From positions 287,246,001-287,310,000 of the forward strand of contig OZ024740.1 in assembly GCA_964016885.1 (NCBI GenBank): 64,000 bases of DNA, written 5' to 3'. This document shows, one piece after another, positions 13,022-26,061 of this stretch. Positions within the stretch are counted from its first letter, which is position 1; the number at the start of each line of letters is the position of its first letter. The stretch is from Eledone cirrhosa (Eukaryota). Below the pieces are notes generated by a model. The model saw only the letters and a program-made list of their open reading frames with translations. It was not told where the DNA came from and made no database searches. The position numbers and the translations under genes were made by a program.

Positions 13022-13412
13022 GAAGGCGCATGGCTTAGTGGTTAGAGCATTGGGCTTGCAATCGAAAGGTTGTGAGTTCAATTCTCAGACTGGGTGATGT
13101 GTTGTTTCCTTGAGCAAGACACTTTATTTCACATTGCTCCAGTTTACTCAGCTGTAGAAATGAGATGATAGGACTGGGGTCCCTATCATTCCACTGCAAA
13201 GTGCTCATGGAGGTGCCACGGAAAAAAAGCACCCAGCATTCACTGTAAATGAGGTTGGTGTTAGGAAGGGCATCCAGCTGTAGAAATCAAGCCAGAATCA
13301 GTTCCCATATGAGCAAGACAAAGTCAGCCGACTGGACACTGCCCACAACAGGACAACCCGTCTAACCCATGCTAGCGTGGAAGAACGGACGTAAAACGGT
13401 GATGATGATGAT
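13022..13412 (+). mobile_element. tRNA-derived SINE with RTE-derived 3' tail (family A)
   Basis: A box TGGCTTAGTGG, B box GAGTTCAATTC, central CCTTGAGCAAGACACTT domain, RTE 3'UTR tail ending in (ATG)n. Confidence 0.8.
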
Positions 13413-13859
13413 ATCATCATGTTTTTTAGATCTGCATTTCCTTGCTGGCAGGTCTCCCTTCTTACCTTTTCTATGCCTCAGAGTCATTCTTCTTTGTCTG
13501 CATGTTGGACTACAGTCCATATTATTCTCTTCTGTTATACTTTTTATCTCCTTTCTAAATTTTTTTCTCCTTTGGCTAATGCTTGCACGCATTTCTCTCC
13601 CTTGTTTGTCAGTTGACACTCTTGGGATACTTTTTCTTCTATATTTGTGTAATTTGCCTAAAGGCATAACTTGTCTCTTCCTGTTTTGTTATATCCAAAT
13701 ATGCACTGGAATGAATGGTATCAACCTTAATATACTGAAACCGTAATGATTTCCAGAGATTGACTGAGGAGATGGGACTGTCTGTCTTTCCATTGTTTTT
13801 TCCATGTCTTTATCCTATTTTGAATATCTATCTATCTATCTATATATCTAACTATATAT

Positions 13860-13911
<52 letters not shown>

Positions 13912-14262
13912 GGAGGCACATGGCTTAGTGGTTAGAGCATTGGCCTTGCAATCGAAAGGTTGTGAGTTCAATTCTCAGACCGGGTGATGTGTTGTTTCCT
14001 TGAGCAAGACACTTTATTTCACATTGCTCCAGTTTACTCAGCTGTAGAAATGAGATGATAGGGACTGGGGTCCCTATCATTCCACTGCAAAGTGGTCGTG
14101 CAGGTGCCACGGAAAAAAAACACCCAGCACTCACTGTAAATGAGGTTGGTGTTAGGAAGGGCATCCAGCTGTAGAAATCAAGCCAGAATCAGTTCCCGTC
14201 CCACCCTTGCAAGCAGGGAAAAGCGGACGTAAAATGATGATGATGATGATGATGATGATGAT
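13912..14262 (+). mobile_element. tRNA-derived SINE with RTE-derived 3' tail (family A)
   Basis: Near-identical head and body to the 13022 copy; (ATG)n tail. Confidence 0.8.
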
Positions 14263-14277
14263 ATATATATATACACT

Positions 14278-14530
14278 AATTTAAGGTATCATAACATATA
14301 TATAATATGTATAATGATTATGTTTCTCAGTAGAAAAGCTCAATGGACATTTGCCCAGAGCAACAATAATTCAATTAAGCGATATATGGCTCTTTATCTC
14401 TCTCTCTCAATATATATAGACATATATCTTTTAATTTAAATTAGTGATGCACTGGGAAAATGTCCATTGAGCTTTTCTATTGAGAAACATAATCATCATA
14501 CATATTATATATGTTATGATATCTTAAATT
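14278..14530. repeat. Inverted repeat with about 80-bp arms next to (TA)n
   Basis: 14278-14357 is the approximate reverse complement of 14452-14530. Confidence 0.75.
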
Positions 14531-15764
14531 CATATGTAACTGATCCAAATTCTTAATCTGTTGAGCTGCTTATACTGTAACTAGTACTTCACACCTCTTC
14601 CTAGTGGATACAACTTCCAGTCCTATTTGTATCTGCTGAACACTTTTTTTATGGCTAGATGCCCTTCCTATCACCAACCACTTTACATACATATACATTC
14701 AGCTGATACCACCCTTAAGTCTCTCAGTTGTCTGATACACTCTCTAGCTAATGAGTTCAATCTACTGTGGGTCTTTTATTTTGTCTGGATATGGCATTTT
14801 ATTCTATATTGCCTCAGTTTATGCTTGCCTTTTGGAGTAGGTAGTTGTATATGGGAATGTTATCTGTGTCAACTGATGATTCAGAGATAGTCTATCTCTT
14901 ATATTTTCAGTTGTATGTCTGGATAAGATACATTATTCTACATTACCTGTTTATATCCTTGTTATTGAGGGAATGTTACCTGTAATAAACTGGCATCCCA
15001 TCCAGTGGAATATTTGATCTCATTCACTTCACATCATTAAGCTAGGGTAAAGCAGTGACCCTCCAAAGCTCATTGAGTGTTATGTAATATATTATAGTTT
15101 AATTTGTTTACACACACAAAATTGGTGTATTAGCAGAATTGATAGAGCATCATAAAAATGCTTTACAGTGGTTAGTTAAGCCCTGTATGATCTGAGTTTA
15201 AATTATGCCAACGTCAATTTTATCGTTTAACCATCCAGTGTTGGTGAAATAAAATGCCAGTAAAGTACTGGGGTCATTGTAATTGATTATATCCCTCTTC
15301 TAAATGTTTGGCCTTCTGCCCATTTTAGAAATCAATGTTTACACACTCATATTTTGTTAAAGAGGAGGATGATGATAATGTAAAGAAGGAAAGTGGGAAG
15401 AATAATGATGAATAAGTAGGGTGTTAAACCCATATCTATTCAAACTTGTACAACCAACCCTTAGAGAGGAGGCAACCCTAGTAATTACTAGAGGTCCCAG
15501 AAACCAACAAAGTAGTATCTTTGTGGCCACTCAATCTGCTAGAAGTAGCAGCCAAATCTCTCTCAGATTACAACCCACTGTCTTAAAAAAGAATGCAGTC
15601 ATAGATATATGAAGAGATAAAGATTGGGTAGTCATAAGTGAAATACCTTTGACCAAGGGTTTTCTCAATCAGGGTTGACCTGAGACTTAACACCAACAAC
15701 AAATGAAGGTTTCATCATGTTAGGTATGTCATAGTATTTTGACTGGCTGGTTGTTGACTATTTA

Positions 15765-16235
15765 ATGAGACAAATGGATGACTGATAGGTTAGACAAGTG
15801 GGTGACTAAATGATGGGTTAGACAACAGGGTAACTAATTGATGGGTTAGACAAGTGGGTGACAATAGGTGAGACAAGTGACTAACTGATAAGTTAGACAA
15901 ATGGATGACTAATTGATAAGTTAGAAAGTAGATAACTGATTGTTTAGACTAGTGGGTGACTAATTGATGGGTTAGACAGTGGATGACTAACTGATATGTC
16001 AGACAATGCATGACTAACTGATAGGTTAGATAAATAGGTGACTGACTGATAGTTTAGACACATGAGTAACTGATAGGTTAGACAAGTGGGTGACTGATTG
16101 ATAAGTTAGACAAGTGTATGATTAATTGATAGGTTAGACAAGTGGATGACTGATTGATAGGTTAGACAAGTGGATGACTAATTGATAGGTTAGACAAGTG
16201 ACTGACTGACTGACAGGCTAGACAAGTGGGTAACT
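15765..16235. repeat. Degenerate about 28-bp minisatellite (GATAGGTTAGACAAGTGGATGACTAATT)
   Basis: Recurrent GTTAGACAAGTGG motif at 24-28 bp spacing. Confidence 0.85.
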
Positions 16236-16430
16236 TCTTAAATAATAGACTTGTTGGGAACAGGTGAAAGCTTTCTCAGTAATGAGCAATTTTATAGGTT
16301 AGATGGGTGACTTCTCAATCATAAATAATCCCTTGTCCTGGGGAAGGGTTGATTCATAAATAGAATTCATAATAGGAAACAGAAAATGAATAAATACTAA
16401 GTAAATATTTGGACTTGGACATTATTGCAG

Positions 16431-16561
16431 GTATACCTTATTTCTATGATTTGTCTGAAGTTGCCAACAATTCAGTACGCATATGTCGCTCGTCTCACAA
16501 TCATCCAGAATGCATTGCTTCCTGTATTGCCATTACTGTTATTATTGCTTTGTTGCTTCAA
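16431..16561 (+). CDS. ADP-ribosylglycohydrolase-family protein, exon
   Basis: CAG|...|GTAAGT; GIPYFYDLSEVANNSVRICRSSHNHPECIASC... (equivalent of the 'TH' motif). Confidence 0.88.
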
Positions 16562-16696
16562 GTAAGTACCTATTATATTTTGTTTTCACTGTTGTTAAAT
16601 CACATTGTCTCAACTGACAGCATGCATTGGTTATTTATGAAAATTTTAATATTTGTGCATATTTCTGTGTTGGGGGTCTCTAGCTAAGATATTTAA

Positions 16697-17136
16697 CCCT
16701 TTAGCATTTACATTACTCTACATTTACTATTGTATTTTTGTGGTAGAGGCTTTATCTCACATAATTATATCACATAATATTGAATCTATGAGATTTTGAT
16801 GTTATTTATTTTGTGAACAATGCCTTAATATCAGTATGAATGGGCAGTTTGAATAGAGAGAGATGAGAGAATTCTGGCCGGATATGGCCTGTTTAAATGC
16901 TAAAAGTTTAAGTCTTAACCCTTTAGCATTTAAACCGGCCATATCCAGCCAGAATTCTCTCATCACATTCTCTTCAAACCGGTCATAACTACCTGCTCAT
17001 ACCAACGTTAAGGTATTGTTCTCAAAATAAATATCAAAATCTCGTAGATTTCATATTATGTGAGATAATTATATGAGATAAAGCCTTTTCTGTGAAAATA
17101 CAATAGTAAATATAGAATAATATGAATGCTAAAGAG
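16697..17136. mobile_element. Two adjacent, oppositely oriented piggyBac-type MITEs (16697-16907 and 16919-17136)
   Basis: TTAA flanks; TIR CCCTTTAGCATT...AATGCTAAAG(G/A)G; the two interiors are reverse complements. Confidence 0.8.
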
Positions 17137-17489
17137 TTAATGGCAATGTTGGTCCAGTTTAAATGAGTATCAGAGGGAGATGTAGTTTACTACTTTATGT
17201 GACAAAGGTAATGTGTAGTTGGCATGACACTTTTTATCATTTGGGTTTAAATCTTTGTGTGAAAAACGTCTGCAATTGATTATCATTTCTTCTCAAAAAG
17301 GGTTGTCCATCAGTTGTAAGTATAACATTTTGAAAACTGGGATAAGTTACAGTAGAGTATAATACCTTATAAACATTGTCAGATTAATTGGAGGATAAAA
17401 AATGAATCTCATAAAAGCTTGAGGAAATATATTTTTATAATATCTTTGATGGATTGACTCAGACAAGGGAAGTAGCAAGTTTTGATTAA

Positions 17490-17697
17490 CCCTTTAGCAT
17501 TTACATTACTCTATATTTACTATTATATTTTCACGGTAAATGCTTTATTTCATATAATATTGAATCTATGAGATTTTGATGTTATTTATTTTGAGAACAA
17601 TTCCTTAACATAAGTATGAGCTGTCAGTTATGGCTGATTTGATAAGAAAGAGGTGAGAGAATGTTTGCCGGAAATGGCTGGTTTAAATACTAAAGGG
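17490..17697. mobile_element. piggyBac-type MITE
   Basis: TTAA-CCCTTTAGCATT ... TAAAGGG-TTAA. Confidence 0.8.
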
Positions 17698-19116
17698 TTA
17701 AGGGCACAATGACATACTTGTAGTAAGATTTGAGCTCATGATCTTTACTTCAGATATCTAACGTCTTAACTTCCTAATCACCCAAGAAGAAAATCCCATT
17801 GGAGACTATGTAGTTACTTTGCTAGACTACTGACAAGAAGCTGAAAACTTAAACCTTGCAATAGCCATTATGTGCTATCCCCTACATTATTTTATTTGCC
17901 ACAGTTTCTTTGGTATTACTTATACTTCATGCTTAGTTTGCTAGCAGTGGGATGGATATTATCATCATCATCAATGTTGTTTTAACGTTTGCTTTCCCCG
18001 CTGGCAAGGGTTGGGCAGGTCCATACAGACCAAGTCATTGCTGAAGCGGAGCCACTGGTCTCCCAGGCAGGCCAGAGATCTGTGTCTTGTTTATGTACTG
18101 TCCCATGTTCCACTGAGTCCTCAGGACAGGTTGTCATGCCTCTGACACAACTGAGGGTCCCCTCAATCCGTTGTTTATGGCTGGATGCCCTTCCTATCAC
18201 CAACTACTTTACAGCATGTACTGAGTGTATTTATCTTGTAAATCACCAACACTAGGGAGATTGTTATGTCCTTGACAACTGAAGGATCCTCTGGACCCTT
18301 TGTTTAGCAAGCTTTCCATGGTTAAATGCCCTTTCTATCACCAACCACTTTACAGAGGGCTAGGGTGGCAGTTGCTAGGAATGTGGAGGGAAGTAGTTAT
18401 GTTGAGAATAACTCTTAGGGAGTGTTAGTGGAAGGGAGAGGGGAGGTCAGGTCATATTGTATGCTGCAGGTCTGGTCTTCTTCAGCACTGCATAGTGGCA
18501 GCCTTCATGGTCTTTAGTCATTTCTGTTGTAAGATTTAGCTTTTTAAGGTCAGCCTTTACAACCTCATCCCATTTCCAGTAATAAAAATCACCTGTGCCA
18601 ACAATTCATATTAAAATAGATAAATTTTCAACAATCAATCCTTCCCCTGACATTACGGTTTGATATCAGTTTTAGGATGCAAATGAAGATTAGACAACAT
18701 TCCTGTCATGGTAGAATTAGTTAACAATTTGGCAGACGTTCTTTTAGACTTAATCCAATTTGTTTTCTGTTGCCATTCTATCTGCCACTACTCACTACTA
18801 TATTACTTATAATAGTCTTCCTGAATGTTAATATAACCAAATATCCCTCAATAGATTTACTACTACCAACAGACAGACATATGGACAGACAAGCAAATAA
18901 AGAGAGGGAAAGATAAGGCACCTGTTTAAATTTTAATTTTTTATGACAATATTTCCTTTAATAAAAGATTAGAGGCTCACAAATATCAATAACATGCTTT
19001 ATTTGATCCTCAACATCTGTGCCTTAGATCTGTTGATGTCCAGCTGTATGGAATTATCTAACAACTACTCCAAATTTTCTTTGATATCTATAAATTATCT
19101 TCTGTTCTCCATACAG

Positions 19117-19253
19117 GGTTCTCATGATTTGAACAATGTGGGATCAGTCCGAGCCTTGCTAAACACATCTGCCTTTCATGCCACCCCAGCTTTAAAGACC
19201 GATGAACAAAACAAGGAATTTGAGTCTATTTTAACTGTTACATCTTTAAAGAG
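19117..19253 (+). CDS. ADP-ribosylglycohydrolase-family protein, exon
   Basis: CAG|...AG|GTAAGT, phase 0-2, consistent with neighbours; GSHDLNNVGSVRALL... Confidence 0.82.
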
Positions 19254-19896
19254 GTAAGTTGATATAAGAAATATGACTATAACAGTCTTACCTTGAAATA
19301 TACTGTTTTATGGAGTTTTATTTTATTTTATCTGCTGTAATATTTCACAGTGTTATTGTCAAGAACTCTTTATAGCTGTACTTGACACACATGCACACAC
19401 ACACAAACCTGATTTTCAACACACAAAACGGTACCAGATTCCACAAACCATTAAGGGATACAGAAATGCTTGTAATTTTTTTTTTTTTTTTTGTGTCTGC
19501 ATTGTATGTACAAACAGGAGGGTTATGTAAACCTTAAAGATGAGATTACATAAGTAACCAAACCTTTACGCATTTATTTTGGACAATGTGTATTTTAGGT
19601 CATGAGATAGAGATACAGTAGTGTTGATAAGAATACCTAAGAGATTTAAACAGGAATGTCATGCAATTGAAAAACAAAACCTTGATAAGCAGGTGATGAA
19701 AACAGTTTACTTTACCATGACTTATCAAGCTGTTCCAATGCCTTACATGATTTTCCAAGCAACAGCTGATGCCTTTCTTATGGGCTGAAGCAAGATAACA
19801 AAAAAAATGAATTTGAATCAGTCATGTAACTTGATTCAAGAAGCTAAGAGCAAATGTATAACAACACATATATGTTGTTATTATTTAGCCTCAAAA

Positions 19897-20260
19897 GGGC
19901 AGTGGATTGGCAGTATTGGTAGAGCGTCGGACGCCATGCTTTGACGTATAGAGTTACGGCCCTTGCCATTCTGAGTTCAAATCCCGCCGAAGTTAACTTT
20001 GCCTTTCATCCTTACGGGGTCGATGAAATAAAGTACCAGTAATGCACTGGATAATTGCTGGCCTTGTGCCAAAAGTAGAAACAATTATTTAGCCTCAGAA
20101 GGGCAGTGGATTGGCAGTATTGGTAAAGCGTTGGACACCCTGCTTTGCGGCATAGAGTTACGACCCTTTACGCTCTGAGTTCAAATCCTGCCGAGGTTAG
20201 CTTTGCCTTTCATCCTTACAGGCGGTCGATAAAATGAAGTACCTGTCGCACACTAAATCA
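19897..20260 (+). mobile_element. Two tandem tRNA-derived SINEs (family B)
   Basis: A box TGGCAGTATTGG, B box GAGTTCAAATCC, conserved GCCTTTCATCCTTACGGGGTCGATAAAATAAAGTACCAG domain; first copy flanked by the direct repeat ATTATTTAGCCTCA. Confidence 0.8.
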
Positions 20261-21148
20261 GAAACTCTTGTTTAACCTCAGGTAAGCCGTGATTGAAAAG
20301 TCTTACTGCAAAAATACAATAGTATATATAGAGTAATGTAAATGCTAAAGAGTTAAACATAAACAGTCATCTAACACTCTTCATTCTATAAACAAATTAC
20401 TAACCTAGAATATCTTCATGTTTAGAAAGAGATTAAACAAAGAGCATATATAATTATATTTTTAAACTTTTACATATAAAATCTGCAAATGCTTCCATTT
20501 TTATCAGCTACAAAAATAAAAATTATCTGAATCTTAATAGATAAAGAAAAGTATATTTATTCTTGAAGAGATCAGCTCTTTAGTTTTCCTTGCACAAAAA
20601 TGATTGGTCAATAGACCAGCTCAGTCTTCTTTTATAAGAAAACAGCTGATTTTTTGTATGAATTGTATAAAGTAATTATGTTGTTTTGAAGAAAACTTAA
20701 AGCTATGTACACACTATGTACTTGACACTGAGTATTTGTAACACAGTAGAAAAGTTATAATAGCCCCCAACCCCCCAAGAATAAAAATTGCAGTTTTTTG
20801 TTCATAAAAATAATATATACAAGCGAGACATGATCACCGATCAATCTTGCCTCAAGTGGGACAATTCCCATCTAACCCATGCTAGCGTGGAAGATAGCCA
20901 TTAAACAATGATGATGATAATGATGACAAATATAGTATTGGTACTACAATGAAGCCCACCCATTACACATTGTAAAGTAGTTGGTATTAAAAAGAGCATC
21001 TATCTGTAGAAACTATGTCAAACTGGAGCATATGGACAAGACATGGTCATCTAATTTGTCCAGTCACAGAGATAACCCGTGCAACCCATGCCAACATGGA
21101 GCCCACACATAAAAAGGTGATACATGTTTTTATTTATTTATTTTTCAG

Positions 21149-21238
21149 CTTAAACCTTCGTGAGGAGCAAAAAATGACTCATACTTACAAACCTTTGGGA
21201 TGTGCTGCACTGGCTGTGAAAACTACAAAAGGATTCAG
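21149..21238 (+). CDS. ADP-ribosylglycohydrolase-family protein, exon
   Basis: AG/GT bounded, phase 2-2; LNLREEQKMTHTYKPLGCAALAVKTTKGFR. Confidence 0.85.
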
Positions 21239-21277
21239 GTGAATATTTTAAAAACATTTTCATAAACTCATCGCGTA

Positions 21278-21620
21278 TCATCATCATCATCATCATTTTA
21301 CGTCTGCTTTTCCCTGCTTGCAAGGGTGGGACGGGAACTGATTCTGGCTTGATTTCTACAGCTGGATGCCCTTCCTAACACCAACCTCATTTACAGTGAG
21401 TGCTGGGTGCTTTTTTTCCGTGGCGCCTACATGTCCACTTTACAGTGAAATGATATGGACCCCAGTCCCTATCATCTCATTTCTACAGCTGAGTAAACTG
21501 GAGCAATGTGAAATAAAGTGTCTTGCTCAAGGAAACAACACATCACCCGGTCTGAGAATTGAACTCACAACCTTTCGATTGCAAGGCCAATGCTCTAACC
21601 ACTAAGCCATGTGTTTCCAT
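21278..21620 (-). mobile_element. tRNA-derived SINE with RTE tail (family A)
   Basis: Reverse complement of the 13912-14262 copy. Confidence 0.8.
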
Positions 21621-21764
21621 GTGTATTTATACTGAGCTTACCATGACGTGTACAAAAGTATATAAATGAACATGTATGACTGACTGTTTAGGCTGTTCAC
21701 ATTGCAGTTCTGTAGTTCTGGCTTTGATCTCACTTTGCAGCACCTTGGGAAGTTGTCTTTTATA

Positions 21765-21995
21765 ATAATAATGAATAATGAAAATTATTGTGTACAGTGC
21801 TCAGGTGCACTACAACTCATGAAAGGTGCATGTATAGTACATAGAATAATGTACAAATATCAGGAAAGTGAACAGTGTATGAGTCATGATATACACACGG
21901 ATACATGTGTGCATGTGTATGGAGTGAGAATATCAGGTGTGTTGGCGAATTTCGAGAAGCATGGAAGTTTTGAAAGATGCAGTGTCCCGATCATA
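21765..21995 (-). mobile_element. CR1-type LINE 3' end fragment
   Basis: Homologous to 26065-26240. Confidence 0.65.
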
Positions 21996-22069
21996 CTGTT
22001 TGGTTGACCAATGTTTATTGGGTGGAATTTGACAGGTGAAAGCCTACCATATTAATGTTGTGTTGTACA

Positions 22070-22272
22070 GGCCAGTTGTTTGGCAGTATTGGTAGAGCTT
22101 TGGACAACATGCTTTACGGCATATATGTTCTGAGTTCAAATCTTGCCGAGGCTAGCTTTGCCTTTCATCCTTACGGGGTCGATAAAATAAAGCACCAGTA
22201 ATGCACTGGGGTTGATTTAATCAACTCTCCCCTCTCTAAATTTGTTGGCCTTGTGCCTAAATCAGAAACCAT
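22070..22272 (+). mobile_element. tRNA-derived SINE (family B variant)
   Basis: A/B boxes and conserved central domain; direct repeat ATTAATGTTGT on both flanks. Confidence 0.75.
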
Positions 22273-23013
22273 TAATGTTGTATTGTGCATTTCTAGGTGT
22301 ATAAATATCAACAAACATCTACTATTGAGGGGACTCCATACTTATGGTAGAGTCATATTTATTCTGTATATCTTGCTTAACTGGTACTCAAGTTTCACTA
22401 ATGTTGGCTAATCATCCAGTCTGGATGATTAGCCACAATGGCTAAATGTGTGCAAGTGCATGTGTGTGTGTGTGCATAACTTTCTACAATGTCAGAGAAT
22501 GATGCAAACATCAGTGAGAAAACTGAAAAACAGGTGCTCTTGAACAAAATATGTTGTGTGCTATTTATTCTATTTGAGTTGTAATATACTTTTTTGCTTC
22601 TTTCACCATAGTAAATTCAGTAGGTCCATGTTTGGCCCATTTCAAACCTGTAACCAATAATGCAATGTAAAGTAACTATTTCATTTTGAACTCTTCGTTT
22701 TAATGAGTACATTTATGCCTTTGCAAATGTGTATATGTATTTGAGATCATTTATATACAAGGAGAAGAGATGGCACCACATGATGGCACATATGATGTAA
22801 ATGGAGACATGTAATACATACAGATAGATTAGTGCTGAGGGAAAGGTGTTGTATGCTGAGAGTGGAAGGTGCTGGGGGGCAGAGGAAGATGTGAAGTCAT
22901 GGCAAAAAGTAGTGAGGTTAGATAGTTAGTGACAGTGATGTATTAATATATGTTGTCTACTAACCTTCCAACAGTAAAAACAATTAATTTAATGTGTCTC
23001 CTTTCACTTGCAG

Positions 23014-23206
23014 GGAGTTCATCAGTGATTTGGTTCTTGAAGGTGGTGACAGTGCAAGCAATGCATGTGTAGCAGGTGCCATACTTGGTTGCCGCCTTGG
23101 TTACCTTCAGCTTCCAGGTGATTGGCTAACAGAGCTTCTCCCACATCAAGTCAACTGGTTAAATATCAAAGTAAATTCCTTGCTTGACATGTTGGGGCTT
23201 CCATAA
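23014..23206 (+). CDS. ADP-ribosylglycohydrolase-family protein, last coding exon
   Basis: CAG acceptor; EFISDLVLEGGDSASNACVAGAILGCRLGYLQLPGDWL...GLP*, matching the ARH C-terminal GGDxDTxxxxAGAxxG...P..W motif. Confidence 0.9.
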
Positions 23207-24439
23207 CTGTTCAAGTGTTACATGTGGTCATGTGATGTTTTCAAAAACATTTATTGTTATACTTCATCACCAGTATCACCATTCTCATTATTCTCATTAC
23301 CATCATTACTATTCTTTTCATCACTATCATTAACATTCTTCTCATCAAAATGTTAGTTTGTGTCAAACATATTTAGATGATGATCACGAAGATGCCAGAA
23401 GTGCAACTTTATCACCATTTATAATTTTCCCTATATTACAGCATTTTCTTCAATGTTGTATTTTAGTGCAGAAGTGTTTATGTGTGTGGAAAGGCAAAAG
23501 AGCTCAAATCTTACTTCACCCTTTTAATACCAACCTGGCCAAAACCAGTGTCTGGTTCTATGAAACAAAACCACCTGGCCCAATCAGTATAGAGAATGCT
23601 TACTGCCATTGAAATGAGAAGAGAGAAGAAGGTAGCAGTTTGCAGGATGGGAGAGGCATCAGAGAAGGCCCTTGTTGGCTATGGAACAGGGAAGAGGAGA
23701 TAAGCCAGAAGCCAGGAGAAAAAGATGGGCAATGATTTGACCACTATTGCTGACCCACCAACACAATGTTACAGTTAAGGGCTAAAACACCCAATGAATG
23801 TTGAACCTCATCTGGTAGCATCAATACACCCTGGCTAAGGTTATGTTCACTGAAGGTAAATGAATGTGAACTGTCTTCTTTAAAATGTAATTATACCCAC
23901 ATAAGAACAATACGTTAAGTTACTATTTTAATGAAATAATTAATTATTTTAGTAAATCCTTCAAAATTTGTCATTGATTCATTAAAATAGTGTATTTCAT
24001 TAAAAATTAGTTGGAAATTGTGAAGACTCAGGTGTCACTTAGCTCAGGTATTTGTATATATATTCTATACTGTTAATCTCTTTTAGAAATCAGGTAATGT
24101 CTGGAGAATCAACATATTGAACAAAAAAGATCAAATCACAGAATTTATGGAAGAGAAAAATAGAGAGAAATAGTGTGTGTTTTAACAGATCTGTTATACA
24201 TATTTCACTTAGGAGAACCAGTTGTAAACAAAACTGTTGGTATTGTAACAATTGTTAAACTTTTATTTATTTATTTTCTAATCAAATCAAAATATGAAAG
24301 ATGGTGAAGTCAGGGTTGAAGTACTCGGTTGAATGATTAGGCAGTCTTTAGTGGGGGTGGAATGCTATAAGATGATGAGCTATAGAAAGAGACAGGTAAT
24401 AATGGAACAAGTGTAAGATTATTTGTATTGAGAATGGTG

Positions 24440-25620
24440 TAAAATAACTGTTGGTAATGAAAATAATGTTAAACTGTCAGTAATCAATCTAGTGTTAAAT
24501 TGTTGGTAATGAAACTGGTGTTAAATTGTTGATAATGAAACTGGTGTTAAACTGTTAATAATGAATCTGGTTTTAAATTGTTGGTAATGAATCTGGTGTT
24601 AAATTGTTAGTAATGAAACTGATATTAAATTGTTGGTAATGAATCTAGTGTTAAACTGGTAGTAATGAAACTGTTAGTAATGAATCTGGTGTTAAATTGT
24701 TAGTAATGAAAATAATTGTTAAACAGTTGGTAATGAATATAGTATTAAACTGGTGTTAAACTGTTGGTAATGAATCTGGTATTAAATTGTTGGTAATGAA
24801 TCTGGTGTTAAACTGTTGGTAATGAATCTGGTGTTAAATTGTTGGTAATGAATCTGGTGTTAAACTGTTGGTAATGAATCTTGTGTTAAATTGTTGGTAA
24901 TGAATCTGGTGTTAAACTGTTGGTAATGAATCTGGTGTTAAACTGTTGGTAATGAATCTGGTGTTAAATTGTTGGTAATGAATCTGGTGTTAAACTGTTG
25001 GTAATGAATCTGGTGTTAAATTGTTAGTAATGAAAATATTGTTAAACTGTTGGTAATGAATCTAGTGTTAAATTGTTAGTAATGAAAATATTGTTAAATT
25101 GTTGATAATGAATCTGGTATTAAACTATTGGTAATAAATCTAGTGTTAAATTGTTAGTAATGAAAATATTGTTAAACTGTTGGTAATGAATCTGGTGTTA
25201 AACTGTTGGTAATAAATCTAGTGTTAAATTGTTAGTAATGAAAATATTGTTAAACTGTTGGTAATGAATCTGGTGTTAAACTATTGATAATGAATCTGGT
25301 GTTAAACTGTTAGTAATGAAATTGGTTTTAAATTGTTGGTAATGAATCTGGTATTAAACTGTTGGTAATGAAAATATTGTTAAATTATTAATTGTTAAAT
25401 TGTTAATTGTTAAAATGCTGATAATGAAACTGATCTTAAATTGGTGATTGTTAAACTGTTAGTAATGGAACTCGTGTAAAATTGTTGGTAATGAAACAGA
25501 TGTAAAACTGTTTGTAGTTCCAACAGATGTAAAACCTATTGGTAGTTTACAGATGTAAAACTTGGTAATGACGCAATTATAAGATAATTATTTGTAAACA
25601 AACTAATGTTAAAATTGTTA
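24440..25620. repeat. 26-bp minisatellite (CTGTTGGTAATGAATCTGGTGTTAAA)
   Basis: 26-bp period, homogeneous in the centre and degenerate at the edges. Confidence 0.93.
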
Positions 25621-26061
25621 ATGAATATAAAGAAAGTATTTATTTTTCTAAAACTGAAAACTATAAACAGCAGAAAATTTGTATCATTTAAGATAGTTGT
25701 GAATGCTGGTTTCATAACTCTGGAACATCACTGAAGGTTTCATCTTTATATGGTGTATCTAGAACTCATTTCTTTCCAAGTTGTACTCACAGCAGGAATT
25801 GAACTTAGCGTGAACCAACTGCTGATGCTTAACAACATTTGAGTCATATTACCTCAGAGATACTGTGTAATATTGGTAACAAGTTATAAAGAGTTGAATA
25901 TATATGCTCATACACTTTTGGTATTGTTAGACCAAGTGAAATACCATATATACTCTTGTTACTACCAGACCAGTTTATGTACAATACATATCTCTGATGT
26001 GTTGTTGAAGTGTGCTTTCTTAGGTAGAGAAGCTGGTGGTTCTGATCTGCAGTGAATTATA

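Noticed and set aside
13028-13095. tRNA-like sequence (also at about 13918-13985 and 21545-21612)
   Set aside because: Acceptor and anticodon stems do not pair properly and it runs into a SINE body; SINE head, not a tRNA gene
14555-14590. CUGUUGA...GUAACUAGUA motif after an inverted repeat
   Set aside because: Two core substitutions and no stem I; at best a relic
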